From Oceanispirochaeta sp. (lineage in GTDB: Bacteria > Spirochaetota > Spirochaetia > DSM-2461): DNA of 64,000 nucleotides. Under the pieces are notes generated by a model. That model worked only from the letters and a program-made list of their open reading frames with translations. It was not told the origin of the DNA and searched no databases. Location of the stretch: positions 800,001 through 864,000 of the forward strand of contig CAXXXD010000002.1 in assembly GCA_963663385.2 (NCBI GenBank), in the 5' to 3' direction. This document shows, one piece after another, positions 56,101 to 64,000 of the stretch (positions are counted from its first letter, which is position 1; each line of letters begins with the position of its first letter). The position numbers and the translations under genes are program-made.

Positions 56101-56271
56101 GCCACAACCATTCTGGGGATGTTCCCCCTGGCTTTCTTCGGCGGGGCCGGTACGGAACAGGTTCAGCCTATTGCCCAGACTATTATCGGCGGGCTGCTGG
56201 TGAGTTCCCTGATGACCCTTTTTGTCACTCCCACACTGTTTGCTGTAATGAACCGGAGGAAATACGCATGA
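53170..56271 (+). CDS. AcrB/AcrD/AcrF family RND permease
   Basis: RPVTV, LFPD...P, GMVVD.SIV..EN, ASTLTT, V.VNSGIVLVD, RLQPILMTT. Confidence 0.96.
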   Translation: MNITETVVHRPVTVVILFALFIGLAAFLVPSIPVELFPDMEMPVVMVMTTYSGAGPEDVEQNVTKVLEQQLSNVSDLETITSTSSEGYSSIRLKFDYSKDLDDATNDIRDKLELAEAMLPDDAGTPVIFKMNSDDMPIMNLAVMGDLPQNQLRSIAEDTVEPLLERINGVASTTVQGGQEEIIRVDVSQNRLEAYNLTLTRIASSLSTQNYQVGSGDLQEGVTEYLIRTDAEFSSLDEIANVVISYAGGGADSVSKAVYLKDVADVSRTNEEEEDRVYINSKYGVTISIQKESDANSIAVSDGVNRELLEINRELPDGVEVAILSDDSTEVESIMGQTYKSLFQGIFLAMFVLFFFLRTWASTIIIALSIPLSILITVLFMYFMGLSINLMTLTGLILGLGMVVDCSIVIQENIFKFRSRGTKLHASAILGSREMIMSITASTLTTICVFIPIILFADNLEMIGQIFRSLSWTIIIALSVSLLVAVTFVPTMSANYLKVYTRTQKPIRNRGLRKIDQFFENGFIRLDQGYKSLLSRLLEHKGKVLLLVFLIFVFSMMQFTRMGIILAPGMSEDSLSVSLELPQGTPLDETEQTAMQLVEVFEEIGGYDNMIVTIGESGMFGGTVNSNEASVQITLPDYQNQIISSAEIKTRLREHFNDFPAATLEFSSRGPGMGNDNPVDILIKSDDLDAAIAFAEELKQKIRETLPGVTEPSTDMDEGLPQIEVVIDRDRAYDMGLSMYTVASEVSAAMNGKTATTFRVGGDELDVNVILREEDKSSVPDLSKIFVVNSSGIRVAVSNVASIEKSSSPVAINREDESRTVHVLGGLTDGYASTEAQADIQEMISSGMVVPDGVSYSMGGDFEDIAKLGGQLIIIAIIAILLVFGIMAAQFESLKDPFIIFFTIPLMMIGVVWFYILSGQTFSIMSAVGLVVLVGLVVNSGIVLVDYTNLLLKRGYKLKDACVEAAGNRLQPILMTTATTILGMFPLAFFGGAGTEQVQPIAQTIIGGLLVSSLMTLFVTPTLFAVMNRRKYA

Positions 56272-56564
56272 TACGACTGGAAATAATAGCCAATAAAACG
56301 GTTGAGTCCGATATATACGAAGCTCTGCTTCAGGTCGGAAAGGACGTTCACTACTCCCGGCTGGACGGTGTTCACGGACGCGGTCATTCGGACCCCAAAA
56401 AAGGGGATGCCGTGTGGCCGGAGGAAAACTTTATCTACATTATCTATACTGATGATGATACGGCCCGGAAGCTGATCGGATTTGTATCAGAGCTGAAAGA
56501 GAGGTTTACCAGGGAAGGGATCAGGGTGTTTGCCATTCCCTTCGAGGATCCTGTGGATATCTGA
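56268..56564 (+). CDS. PII-like transporter-associated protein (PG0541-like)
   Basis: V.GRG.S.PKKG..VWP..N motif; ATGA overlap with the RND gene. Confidence 0.75.
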   Translation: MIRLEIIANKTVESDIYEALLQVGKDVHYSRLDGVHGRGHSDPKKGDAVWPEENFIYIIYTDDDTARKLIGFVSELKERFTREGIRVFAIPFEDPVDI

Positions 56565-56578
56565 TTTATACATTATTC

Positions 56579-56615
56579 GGGCGGTCTCCTGTGTTACCGG
56601 GGCTGCCCTTTTTTT
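56579..56615 (+). terminator. Rho-independent terminator of the efflux operon
   Basis: GGGCGGTCTC...GGGGCTGCCC stem (with G-U pairs) plus T7. Confidence 0.75.
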
Positions 56616-56886
56616 ATTTGTTCGATTTCCCGATGAGGTGCTATCATACTTATTAGTACGGAGGGCTGCCGGGTATGGCTGTTACCGCTTAGACTGCTCT
56701 GTGTGTCATCAGAACGGGGAGTGCGGCCTTCAGGATCTGACCTGCCGCTATCAGATAGGGGTCAAACTGAATCCCCATCTGTATCTCCGGCAGATCTGGA
56801 TGATCTGGTGAGGGGGATCCTCCTTACAGAAGGGTATATGGTCCGGGCAGAAAAGGGAATGTATAATATCAGGAAGCAGGGCAAAT

Positions 56887-57636
56887 ATGGAAAACTCCCG
56901 TCAGAAAGCGATCGAAATGATCCGTTCATCCAATAAGATGGTTATCTTTACCGGCGCCGGAGTGAGCACCCATTGCGGCATTCCCGATTTCCGCGGTCCC
57001 GGCGGCCTCTACGAAACGGCTGTTGAGAAGTACGGGGTTCCCTATGCGGAAGCCGTTTTTGACCTTGCCTACTTCCGGAAAGATCCCCGTCCCTTTTTTG
57101 TCTTAAGCCGGGAACTGTTCCTGACCGAAGCAGAGCCGGGGCTCAGTCATAAACTGACGGCTGCTCTGGAGGAGCAGGGGAAGGTCTCTCTTGTGATGAC
57201 CCAGAATATCGATATTCTCCATCAGAAGGCGGGAACAAAAAAGATCCTGCCCTGTCATGGTTCCTATGAAACCGCCAGCTGCCAGGGATGCGGCAAAAAA
57301 TACAGTCTGGCGGATATTGAAGCCGATATTCTGGCCGACCGGATTCCTCTCTGTCACTGCAGCGCTGTGATCAAACCGGATGTGGTTTTTTTCGGTGAAA
57401 ACCTTCCGGATGAGTTTTACTCTCTTATGGAGAATCCCCCCCCGGCGGATCTTATCCTGATTCTGGGAACCTCCCTGACGGTTCAGCCGGCTTCCCTGTT
57501 TGCCTTGAATCTGGTCTCCCGGGTTCCCTCCATCCTGGTAAACCTGGAGCAGACCGATTACGATGATGAAATGACCGTGGCCCTGCGGGAGGATGTGGAG
57601 CATTTCGCCGAAGCTGTGGCGGCAGCTATTTTATAG
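56887..57636 (+). CDS. cobB: Sir2 family NAD-dependent deacylase
   Basis: TGAGVST..GIPDFRG, TQNID, HGS, CxxC/CxC, KPDVVFFGE, GTSLTVQP, VN. Confidence 0.95.
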   Translation: MENSRQKAIEMIRSSNKMVIFTGAGVSTHCGIPDFRGPGGLYETAVEKYGVPYAEAVFDLAYFRKDPRPFFVLSRELFLTEAEPGLSHKLTAALEEQGKVSLVMTQNIDILHQKAGTKKILPCHGSYETASCQGCGKKYSLADIEADILADRIPLCHCSAVIKPDVVFFGENLPDEFYSLMENPPPADLILILGTSLTVQPASLFALNLVSRVPSILVNLEQTDYDDEMTVALREDVEHFAEAVAAAIL

Positions 57637-58150
57637 AAGGTTTATTCAGGATCCGACTGATCAGCTTCTCCCGCTCCCCCCTGCCGGGGCGGCGGATATG
57701 TATAACCTCCGCTTCCGCCCATCTGTTCAGGGCTGTATCGAGCAGTTCCGGACGGACTACCACAACAGAAACCCTGTCCCTCCGGTCATCCAGCCTCTTC
57801 ATCCCTTCTGTCCAGCCTCCGTCTCTCTCAAACTCAAGAATTCCCGCTTCGTCCAGGATAAAAAGATCCGAGGGCGGGGGAGAACAGATCCTCCGGTTGC
57901 CCCATTCCACGGCTTCGGCGTGAAATGACCAGAGTCCCGTGTGAAGATCTCCCTGATTTCCCCGGTTTACTTCCGCCAGAAGGCAGGTTTCGTTTGTAGA
58001 GAGATCCAGAGCGGTCAGTCTATCCTGCCTGACGGTCAGGGTTATAAGGCCGGAAATCCGCCGGCCTCTGTTCATCGCCCCCTTAAGGAGAGCCTGACAG
58101 AAGGTTGACTTCCCCGCCTCCCTTTCTCCTGTGATAAGATAAAAGCTCAT
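57626..58150 (-). CDS. P-loop NTPase (THEP1/DUF2478-like)
   Basis: ITGEREAGKST; LFILDEAG.LE..GGW. Confidence 0.8.
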   Translation of the reverse strand: MSFYLITGEREAGKSTFCQALLKGAMNRGRRISGLITLTVRQDRLTALDLSTNETCLLAEVNRGNQGDLHTGLWSFHAEAVEWGNRRICSPPPSDLFILDEAGILEFERDGGWTEGMKRLDDRRDRVSVVVVRPELLDTALNRWAEAEVIHIRRPGRGEREKLISRILNKPSIK

Positions 58151-58941
58151 TCCTCTTCTCCGGTAGAGTCTCCCCAGACTAGCACCCTCTGACCCTCCAC
58201 TTCGGCGATTCGGACCGGGATATTGTAAAGGTCTGTCAGATTTTCGGCGCTTAGTACCCTATCGGATGAGCCGTGATGGATAACCGATCCGTTTTTCAGG
58301 AGGATGGCATGGTCTGCCAGCCGGATAACCAGCTCCGGATCGTGGGATGTAAAAAAGATACTGATTCCCTTTTTTTTCAGTTTATTCAGTATGTTCAGGA
58401 TTTTTTCCCTGTTATGGAGATCCAGGTGAGACGCCGGTTCATCCAGCAGGAGAAGCTTCGGCTGTTGCGTCAGGGCCCGGGCCAGCAGAACCAGCTGCCT
58501 TTCGCCTCCGCTTAAACGGGTGACCTTCCGTTTTACAAGGTGATAGATTCCCGCTTCCTTAAGGGCTTCCAGGGCAATTGTTTCATCCTCGGGGCCCGGG
58601 CTTTTCAAAGGGGGCAGGTAGGGGGCCCGGCCCAGCAGAATATACTCCAGCACGGAATAGTCGAATTGAACTGCCTCATCCTGAGGGACCAGAGCCATAA
58701 ACTGTCCCCTTTTTCTGGGGTTCCATCGACCAATGGAACTGCCCTCCAGAAGAATCTCGCCGCTTTTAAATGTCCTCCAGCCCAAAGCCAGGTCCATTAT
58801 GGTTGTTTTTCCCGCCCCGTTAGGTCCCAGAAGAGCTGTTGCGGTTCCTTCCGGAACCTGCATGTCGAGAGAGGGAAAAAGAGGCGGGTTCTTTGGATGC
58901 CAATGGAACTGGACACGACGGAATTCCAGTATGGGTTTCAT
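58147..58941 (-). CDS. ABC ATPase of iron-chelate/cobalamin importer
   Basis: GPNGAGKTT, VPQ, LSGGERQ, LLDEPASHLD, SHD. Confidence 0.93.
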   Translation of the reverse strand: MKPILEFRRVQFHWHPKNPPLFPSLDMQVPEGTATALLGPNGAGKTTIMDLALGWRTFKSGEILLEGSSIGRWNPRKRGQFMALVPQDEAVQFDYSVLEYILLGRAPYLPPLKSPGPEDETIALEALKEAGIYHLVKRKVTRLSGGERQLVLLARALTQQPKLLLLDEPASHLDLHNREKILNILNKLKKKGISIFFTSHDPELVIRLADHAILLKNGSVIHHGSSDRVLSAENLTDLYNIPVRIAEVEGQRVLVWGDSTGEEE

Positions 58942-58951
58942 GATAACAACC

Positions 58952-59950
58952 TCATATATGCCTTCTAAGGGGAGAGAATATCATCAGCAGGCTGAATATC
59001 AGAGCTCCAGCGAGGGAAGTCAGTATCCCCAGGGGAATCTCTCCCGTACTGATGGTCCGGGCGATATCGTCACAGAGGAGAGCAAAGATTCCCCCTGTTA
59101 AAAGAGATGCCGGAACGGATTTCGCCGTATCGCTTCCGCTCATGCGCCGGGCGATGTGGGGTATGATCAAACCGACCCACCCGATAATCCCGCAATAGGC
59201 AACCACTGCGGCCGTTGCAAGGACCGCTATAAGGAGAAAAAAATTCTTCTCCAGAACGGGAGAAATCCCCAGGGTATGGGCCGTTCTGTCCCCCATGGAG
59301 AGCAGATTCAGCCTCCATCTTAATATGGCAATCAGAAAGAGGACGGGAATGGTCAGAGGGATAAGGTATTTAAGGTCTCCCCATCCTACGCCGGAGAGGC
59401 CGCCCATCATCCAGAAGGTTATCTCCTGAAGCTGACTCCGCGGATCCGCCATGTATTTCAAAATCCCCAATCCCGATGAGAACAGGGCGGATATTATGAT
59501 CCCCGACAGGATCAGCCGGACTATCCATCCGCCAAAGCGTATGGCCTTTGCCAGGAACCAGGTCAGCACAAGGGCAATAAGAGAAAATACTCCTGCTGAA
59601 AAAGGGACAGCCAGGGGATTCTCTATATTGAGTACAATCACCAGTGCGGCTCCGAAGGCTGCTCCCTGGGAAACACCCAGAAACCCCGGCTCCACCAGAG
59701 GGTTCCCCAGTATGGTCTGGAAAACCAGACCTGCCAGCGCCAGGGTACTCCCCAGAATAAGAGCGGTGATGATACGGGGAAGACGCAGATTCAGGATGAT
59801 ATTCAGGGCAAAGGGATCTGTCCGGATCTCCTTCAAACTCAGAAATCCGGGCTTGGGGTAACGCCCCAGCAGCAGGGACGCTGCGATCAGAATTACCAGT
59901 AAAAGGAGTAATAGCAGAGGCCTTATCCTGACAGATCTCAACCTGGACAC
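58952..59950 (-). CDS. FecCD/BtuC-type ABC permease
   Basis: LRLPRI, GL.FQ...NPLVEP..LGVS.GA, G.IGWVGLIIPHIAR, EIPLG. Confidence 0.93.
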   Translation of the reverse strand: MSRLRSVRIRPLLLLLLLVILIAASLLLGRYPKPGFLSLKEIRTDPFALNIILNLRLPRIITALILGSTLALAGLVFQTILGNPLVEPGFLGVSQGAAFGAALVIVLNIENPLAVPFSAGVFSLIALVLTWFLAKAIRFGGWIVRLILSGIIISALFSSGLGILKYMADPRSQLQEITFWMMGGLSGVGWGDLKYLIPLTIPVLFLIAILRWRLNLLSMGDRTAHTLGISPVLEKNFFLLIAVLATAAVVAYCGIIGWVGLIIPHIARRMSGSDTAKSVPASLLTGGIFALLCDDIARTISTGEIPLGILTSLAGALIFSLLMIFSPLRRHI

Positions 59951-59954
59951 CAGT

Positions 59955-61055
59955 TTATTCGATCCCTTCCAGGACAGGCGCGATTTTATTATTGTAATCC
60001 GCTTCTGATATGCTGTAGAAATCGGAATAGAATTTCTGTGCTTTTCTGTTCATATCCAGATCGGGGAAACAGGAGGCATGAGATTTTACCGCCATCCATT
60101 GCAGCCCCAGCAGCCAGCGGGGATCCGGCTGGTCCCAGCTGTGGAAGTCCATGGGAAAAGGATGGATCTCCTTATCTTTATATGCTCTCAGTTCCTGCCA
60201 GTAGGAATTCTCTTCCATTATTTTCAGAACATCTTTCATCGGGGTCCTGTAGGAAATAAGAAAAATCTGATCAGGGTTCCAGGCGGCAATCTGTTCGAAC
60301 CCGACTTTGGTCCACCGGGTTCCCAGGTCCGCATCTTTCCAGACGGGATCACCGCCGGCCATTTCCAGCATCCTGGTCTGGATAAACGTCAGAGGGGGAA
60401 CATTGAAAGCTCCCGCACCGTCTTTTTCGGAGTAGTAGAGGATAAGGCTTTTTTTTCTGTCCTTCTTATCCAGAGTGGAAAGCGGTTTTTCCACTTCTGA
60501 AATATAACCGGCGAAGAGATTCTGCAGTTCCGCAGCCCGCTCCGGGTTTCCGAATACCTGACCGAGGATAGCCAGATCCGACTCCCATGCTTCGGGGGAT
60601 TCCAGATCAAGGAATATTACGGGCAGACCGGTTTTTTCAAATTCCTTTCCATATTCGCTGAACTGAAAATCCTTCATAATGACAAGGTCCGGTTTGTTAG
60701 CCATTATCTCTTCCATATTAACCGTGCGGGGCAGTTTGGTTTTATTGTCATAACCCGCATCGGCAACAGGGAGAAAATACCCTCTCTTCTGGTTGCTGTC
60801 CGCCATGGCGACAATCCGTTCCTTAGCTTCGGGGAAGAGGAACAGGGCGTCGTTAACGATAAAGGCGGAAGATCCCGCCTGAACGATCCTCTTCGGAACA
60901 TCCGGAAGAACAACTGTTCTTCCCAGGGAGTCCCGGATGGTTATGGAGGTATCCTGAGTTTCCATTTCGGGAGCAGCAGGTTCCCGGGAACCTCCCGCCC
61001 ACAGAAAAGACTGTGATATAAAAAGCAGGGTTAATATAATTTTGAATGTCTTCAT
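59955..61055 (-). CDS. Periplasmic binding protein (iron-siderophore/cobalamin type)
   Basis: Signal peptide ..LWAGG.., I.DSLGR.V.LP..PKRIV, EEI...KPDLV, EQI.AWNPD.I. Confidence 0.9.
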   Translation of the reverse strand: MKTFKIILTLLFISQSFLWAGGSREPAAPEMETQDTSITIRDSLGRTVVLPDVPKRIVQAGSSAFIVNDALFLFPEAKERIVAMADSNQKRGYFLPVADAGYDNKTKLPRTVNMEEIMANKPDLVIMKDFQFSEYGKEFEKTGLPVIFLDLESPEAWESDLAILGQVFGNPERAAELQNLFAGYISEVEKPLSTLDKKDRKKSLILYYSEKDGAGAFNVPPLTFIQTRMLEMAGGDPVWKDADLGTRWTKVGFEQIAAWNPDQIFLISYRTPMKDVLKIMEENSYWQELRAYKDKEIHPFPMDFHSWDQPDPRWLLGLQWMAVKSHASCFPDLDMNRKAQKFYSDFYSISEADYNNKIAPVLEGIE

Positions 61056-61097
61056 AAAAATCAGGATAGTTCAGTAATGGGAACTTGTAAATAGACG

Positions 61098-61151
61098 AAA
61101 AAAATGGACAGACAAGTGAAGAAAAACTGTGTCCATCCTCACTTGCTGTCC
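61098..61151 (-). terminator. Probable terminator after lpdA
   Basis: GGACAGACAAGTGA (61106-61119) pairs with TCACTTGCTGTCC (61139-61151); U7 tail on the minus strand. Confidence 0.6.
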
Positions 61152-61172
61152 TATTCCGATGAGTTCAGATTT

Positions 61173-62585
61173 CTATTTCCGGGGAGGCATCAGGTCTGTA
61201 ATGGTACCCTCTGCCATTTCCGCAGCCAGAGCAAATGTCTCGGCCAGGGTGGGGTGGGCGTGGATGGTCAGAGCGACATCTTCCAGATCACTGCCCATCT
61301 CGACAGCCAGATTGGCTTCTGCAATCAGTTCCCCTGCGTTGTTCCCTGTTATACCGGCGCCCAGAATCCGTTTCGTTTCCGGATCATAGAGTACTTTGGT
61401 GGTCCCTTCGTTCCGTCCGTTGCTTAAAGACCGGCCGCTGGCAGCCCAGGGAAATACGCCTTTTTCGAAGGAGATATTCCTTTCGGCCGCTTCTTTTTCT
61501 GTCAGTCCCGTCCAGGCTATTTCCGGATCCGTATAGGCGACGCTGGGGATACTGACCGGAGAAAAATCGGAAGCTTCCCCTCCGATAACTTCGGCGGCAA
61601 CCTTTCCTTCAGCGACGGCTTTATGGGCAAGCATGGGCTGTCCAGTTGCGTCTCCGATGGCATATATATGAGAAAGAGCGGTCTGCCGTTTCTCATTGAC
61701 GGGAATAAATCCCTTTTCATCCGGTTCCAGTCCCAGCGCATCCAGACCGATATCATCCGTATTGGGCCTGCGGCCTATGCTTATCAGGATACGGTCGTAG
61801 GTCTCGCTTTCAGGCGCTTTTTTCCCTTCCATGCTGACAATAAGGCCTTCCGGAGAAGGTTCCACTTTCGTTACCCTGGTACCTGTATAAACAGCTCTGG
61901 TAACTTTTTTCAGCATCCTTGCCAGGGGCTTTACCAGATCGGCATCCGCCTGGGGGATAATCTGGTCCATCAGTTCCACAACAGTTACTTCCGAACCGAA
62001 GGAGCCGTAAACCGTAGCCATTTCCAGTCCGATTATGCCTCCGCCGACAATCAGCAGTTTTCCGGGGATCTCTTCCATTTTCAGGGCATCAGCCGAATCC
62101 ATAACCCGGGGATCGTCATAGGGGAAGCCGGGCAGTTCCACAACCCTGGATCCCGAGGCGATAATGGCATTTTTAAAAGTAACGGCAGTTTCTTCTTCCC
62201 CGGATGTCTCCAGAGTATTCGGTCCTGTAAACCGGCCCGTCCCTTTTATGATCCGTACTTTTCTCTGCCTGGCCAATCCGGCCAGCCCTTTGGTCAGGGA
62301 CCCGACCACTCTGTCTTTATGCCCCCTGATCCCTTCAAGGTCAAACTGCGGCTCCCCGAAGCTGATCCCCGATTTCCCGGCTTCTTCCGCTTCCCTGACG
62401 ATGGAAGCCAGGTGGAGCAGTGACTTGGAGGGGATGCATCCTTCATTAAGGCAAACCCCTCCCAGGGTATCCCGTTTTTCTACAAGCGCCACGCTCTGTC
62501 CCAGGTCCGCCGCACGGAAAGCCGCCGTATATCCTCCGGGACCGCCTCCCAGGACCAGAGTGTCTATATTAATGTTTTCAGTCAT
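61173..62585 (-). CDS. lpdA: Dihydrolipoamide dehydrogenase (E3)
   Basis: GGGPGGY, GGVCLNEGCIPSK, GGGIIGLE, MLAHKA, HAHPTLAE. Confidence 0.97.
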   Translation of the reverse strand: MTENINIDTLVLGGGPGGYTAAFRAADLGQSVALVEKRDTLGGVCLNEGCIPSKSLLHLASIVREAEEAGKSGISFGEPQFDLEGIRGHKDRVVGSLTKGLAGLARQRKVRIIKGTGRFTGPNTLETSGEEETAVTFKNAIIASGSRVVELPGFPYDDPRVMDSADALKMEEIPGKLLIVGGGIIGLEMATVYGSFGSEVTVVELMDQIIPQADADLVKPLARMLKKVTRAVYTGTRVTKVEPSPEGLIVSMEGKKAPESETYDRILISIGRRPNTDDIGLDALGLEPDEKGFIPVNEKRQTALSHIYAIGDATGQPMLAHKAVAEGKVAAEVIGGEASDFSPVSIPSVAYTDPEIAWTGLTEKEAAERNISFEKGVFPWAASGRSLSNGRNEGTTKVLYDPETKRILGAGITGNNAGELIAEANLAVEMGSDLEDVALTIHAHPTLAETFALAAEMAEGTITDLMPPRK

Positions 62586-62615
62586 ATAATCTCCTTGATT
62601 TTGCGCTTTTCATCA

Positions 62616-63887
62616 TTATAGCAGTATTTTTTTCATATCTTCCAGTAATTCTGCTAAATATCTGGTAAATCTTGCCGCCATGGCACCGTCTATCACCCTA
62701 TGGTCATAAGACAGGCTCAGGGGGAGTATCATCCGGGGGAGAAATTCCCCGTCCTGCCAGACCGGCTGCCTTCTGGATCGGGCCATTCCCAGTATGGCTA
62801 CCTCGGGAGGGTTAATAATAGGAGTAAACCCTGTTCCTCCGATACCGCCCAGATTGGATATGGAGATACCTGCTCCCTCCAGATCCCCGGGAGTCAGATC
62901 TCCATTCCGCCCTTTTCCCGCCAGGTCATTTATATCCCGGACAATTTCAGTCAGGGACTTGGTATCCACATTTTTAATGACAGGAACAAGAAGTCCCTGA
63001 GGGGTATCCACGGCAATGCCTATATTATAGTACTTCCGGAGGATAAGGGAACCCGAACTCCTGTCCAGCACAGCATTAAACCGGGGGAACTCTTCAACAG
63101 CCTTATAGAGTGCTTTCACCATAAAAGCCAGTGAACTGAACTTTACTCCATGGGTTCCCTTTCCATTCAGTTCATCTCGCCATATTTCCAGATTGGTTAT
63201 ATCCGCTTCATCAAAGTGTGTCACATGGGGGATATTCACCCAGCTGGCATGAAGGCGTGATGAGGAGATTTTCTGAATGCGGGTCAACTCTTCAAAAGCC
63301 ACCGGCCCGAAGCGGGAGGGATCTGTTTCGGGCAGAGAGGGCAGGCTTGCAGAACCCGGGGGATTTTCAAGAGCCTTTCTCACAAAGTCCTGAACATCTT
63401 CTCTGCGAACCCTTCCTTTTGGCCCTGTCCCCTGGATAAGGTTAAGATCAGCTCCCAGTTCTCTGGCAAAATGCCGGATAGAGGGGGAGGCGTGGATACC
63501 GGGGGAAGAGGGCGGTTTGTCAGGCGGTTTTATATCCTTTGATGTCTGTTCTCTCTCTGCCTGTTCTGTTTCTGCCGTACTCTCCCCGGGGATCTCTCCT
63601 GTATCCGCTGTTTCTTCCGCTTCCTTTGTCTCTTCTTTCTTCTCTTCCATGCTGACCAGGCAGATCAAATCTCCGCTTTTCAGCATATCCCCCTCTTTCA
63701 CCTTCACTTCCCGGACAGTCCCGTCCAGAGGGGAGGGGATCTCTATAACAGCCTTATCGCTTTCCAGTGACAGAAGGGGCTCTTCTTTTTGTATCTTTTT
63801 TCCTGAACGGATAAACAGTTCTCCCACCGGAACGGCTTCGGAACTTCCCAGGTCCGGAACGTGTATTTCCTGTAAATTATTTGCCAT
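62616..63887 (-). CDS. aceF: Dihydrolipoamide acetyltransferase (PDH E2), single lipoyl domain
   Basis: LESDKA lipoyl site, HASPSIR subunit-binding domain, IPHVT, SLSYDHRVIDGA. Confidence 0.93.
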   Translation of the reverse strand: MANNLQEIHVPDLGSSEAVPVGELFIRSGKKIQKEEPLLSLESDKAVIEIPSPLDGTVREVKVKEGDMLKSGDLICLVSMEEKKEETKEAEETADTGEIPGESTAETEQAEREQTSKDIKPPDKPPSSPGIHASPSIRHFARELGADLNLIQGTGPKGRVRREDVQDFVRKALENPPGSASLPSLPETDPSRFGPVAFEELTRIQKISSSRLHASWVNIPHVTHFDEADITNLEIWRDELNGKGTHGVKFSSLAFMVKALYKAVEEFPRFNAVLDRSSGSLILRKYYNIGIAVDTPQGLLVPVIKNVDTKSLTEIVRDINDLAGKGRNGDLTPGDLEGAGISISNLGGIGGTGFTPIINPPEVAILGMARSRRQPVWQDGEFLPRMILPLSLSYDHRVIDGAMAARFTRYLAELLEDMKKILL

Positions 63888-63897
63888 GATACTCTCC

Positions 63898-64000
63898 TTA
63901 CGCTCTCAGGGGATCGGGTTTATCCCGGTCTATATTATACTTTTTCAATGCTCTGGCAAGGATTTCCTTTTCCAGTTTCTTTTCATCAACAAGTCCTTTC
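63898..64000 (-). CDS. aceE: C-terminal end of homodimeric pyruvate dehydrogenase E1 (partial)
   Basis: Minus strand reads ...KGLVDEKKLEKEILARALKKYNIDRDKPDPLRA*, resembling the AceE C-terminus, directly upstream of aceF. Confidence 0.7.
   Translation of the reverse strand, partial: KGLVDEKKLEKEILARALKKYNIDRDKPDPLRA

Noticed and set aside
56703..56936. 77-aa ORF overlapping the sirtuin start
   Set aside because: No RBS or recognisable motif, and it overlaps the likely sirtuin promoter (TGTATAAT).
1988..63439. Numerous antisense or overlapping ORFs in the track (e.g. 2630-3466, 16245-17189, 42573-43520, 52102-53016)
   Set aside because: Shadow frames of well-supported genes, with no motifs or translation signals.
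1..64000. tRNA, rRNA, IS elements, prophage or defence systems
   Set aside because: No cloverleaf, rRNA, transposase, integrase or defence-gene signatures recognised; nearly all sequence is accounted for by CDSs.

Overview
A gene-dense chromosomal segment, most likely from a free-living spirochaete. This taxonomy is inferred from the rpsT-HU-lnt-bactofilin-rho-rpmE and surE-TPR-NHL neighbourhood and from spirochaete-style signal peptides. Contents in order: the end of an APS/PAPS reductase, a lipoprotein, a 1113-aa 2-oxoacid dehydrogenase E1alpha-E1beta-lipoyl-FabH fusion, a REP-like intergenic repeat, dusB/tatD, a core housekeeping cluster, a chelatase chlI/chlD-like gene interrupted by an A9 slippery site, miaB, prs with methionine-synthesis genes (split MetH plus a YitJ-like protein), a pantothenate ECF transporter with coaX, c-di-GMP/cAMP signalling genes, a sigma54 two-component system driving an RND efflux operon, a sirtuin, a FecCD-type ABC importer, and the 3' part of a pyruvate dehydrogenase operon. 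No rRNA, tRNA, CRISPR array or transposase was recognised. Top leads: (1) the E1-lipoyl-KASIII fusion, which could prime fatty-acid synthesis from 2-oxoacids without E2 or acyl-CoA; (2) a probable programmed -1 frameshift giving ChlI-like and ChlD-like subunits from one gene; (3) an unannotated 57-aa Zn-ribbon gene beside rpsT; (4) several apparently leaderless genes. All calls come from reading motifs by eye; no database search was run.
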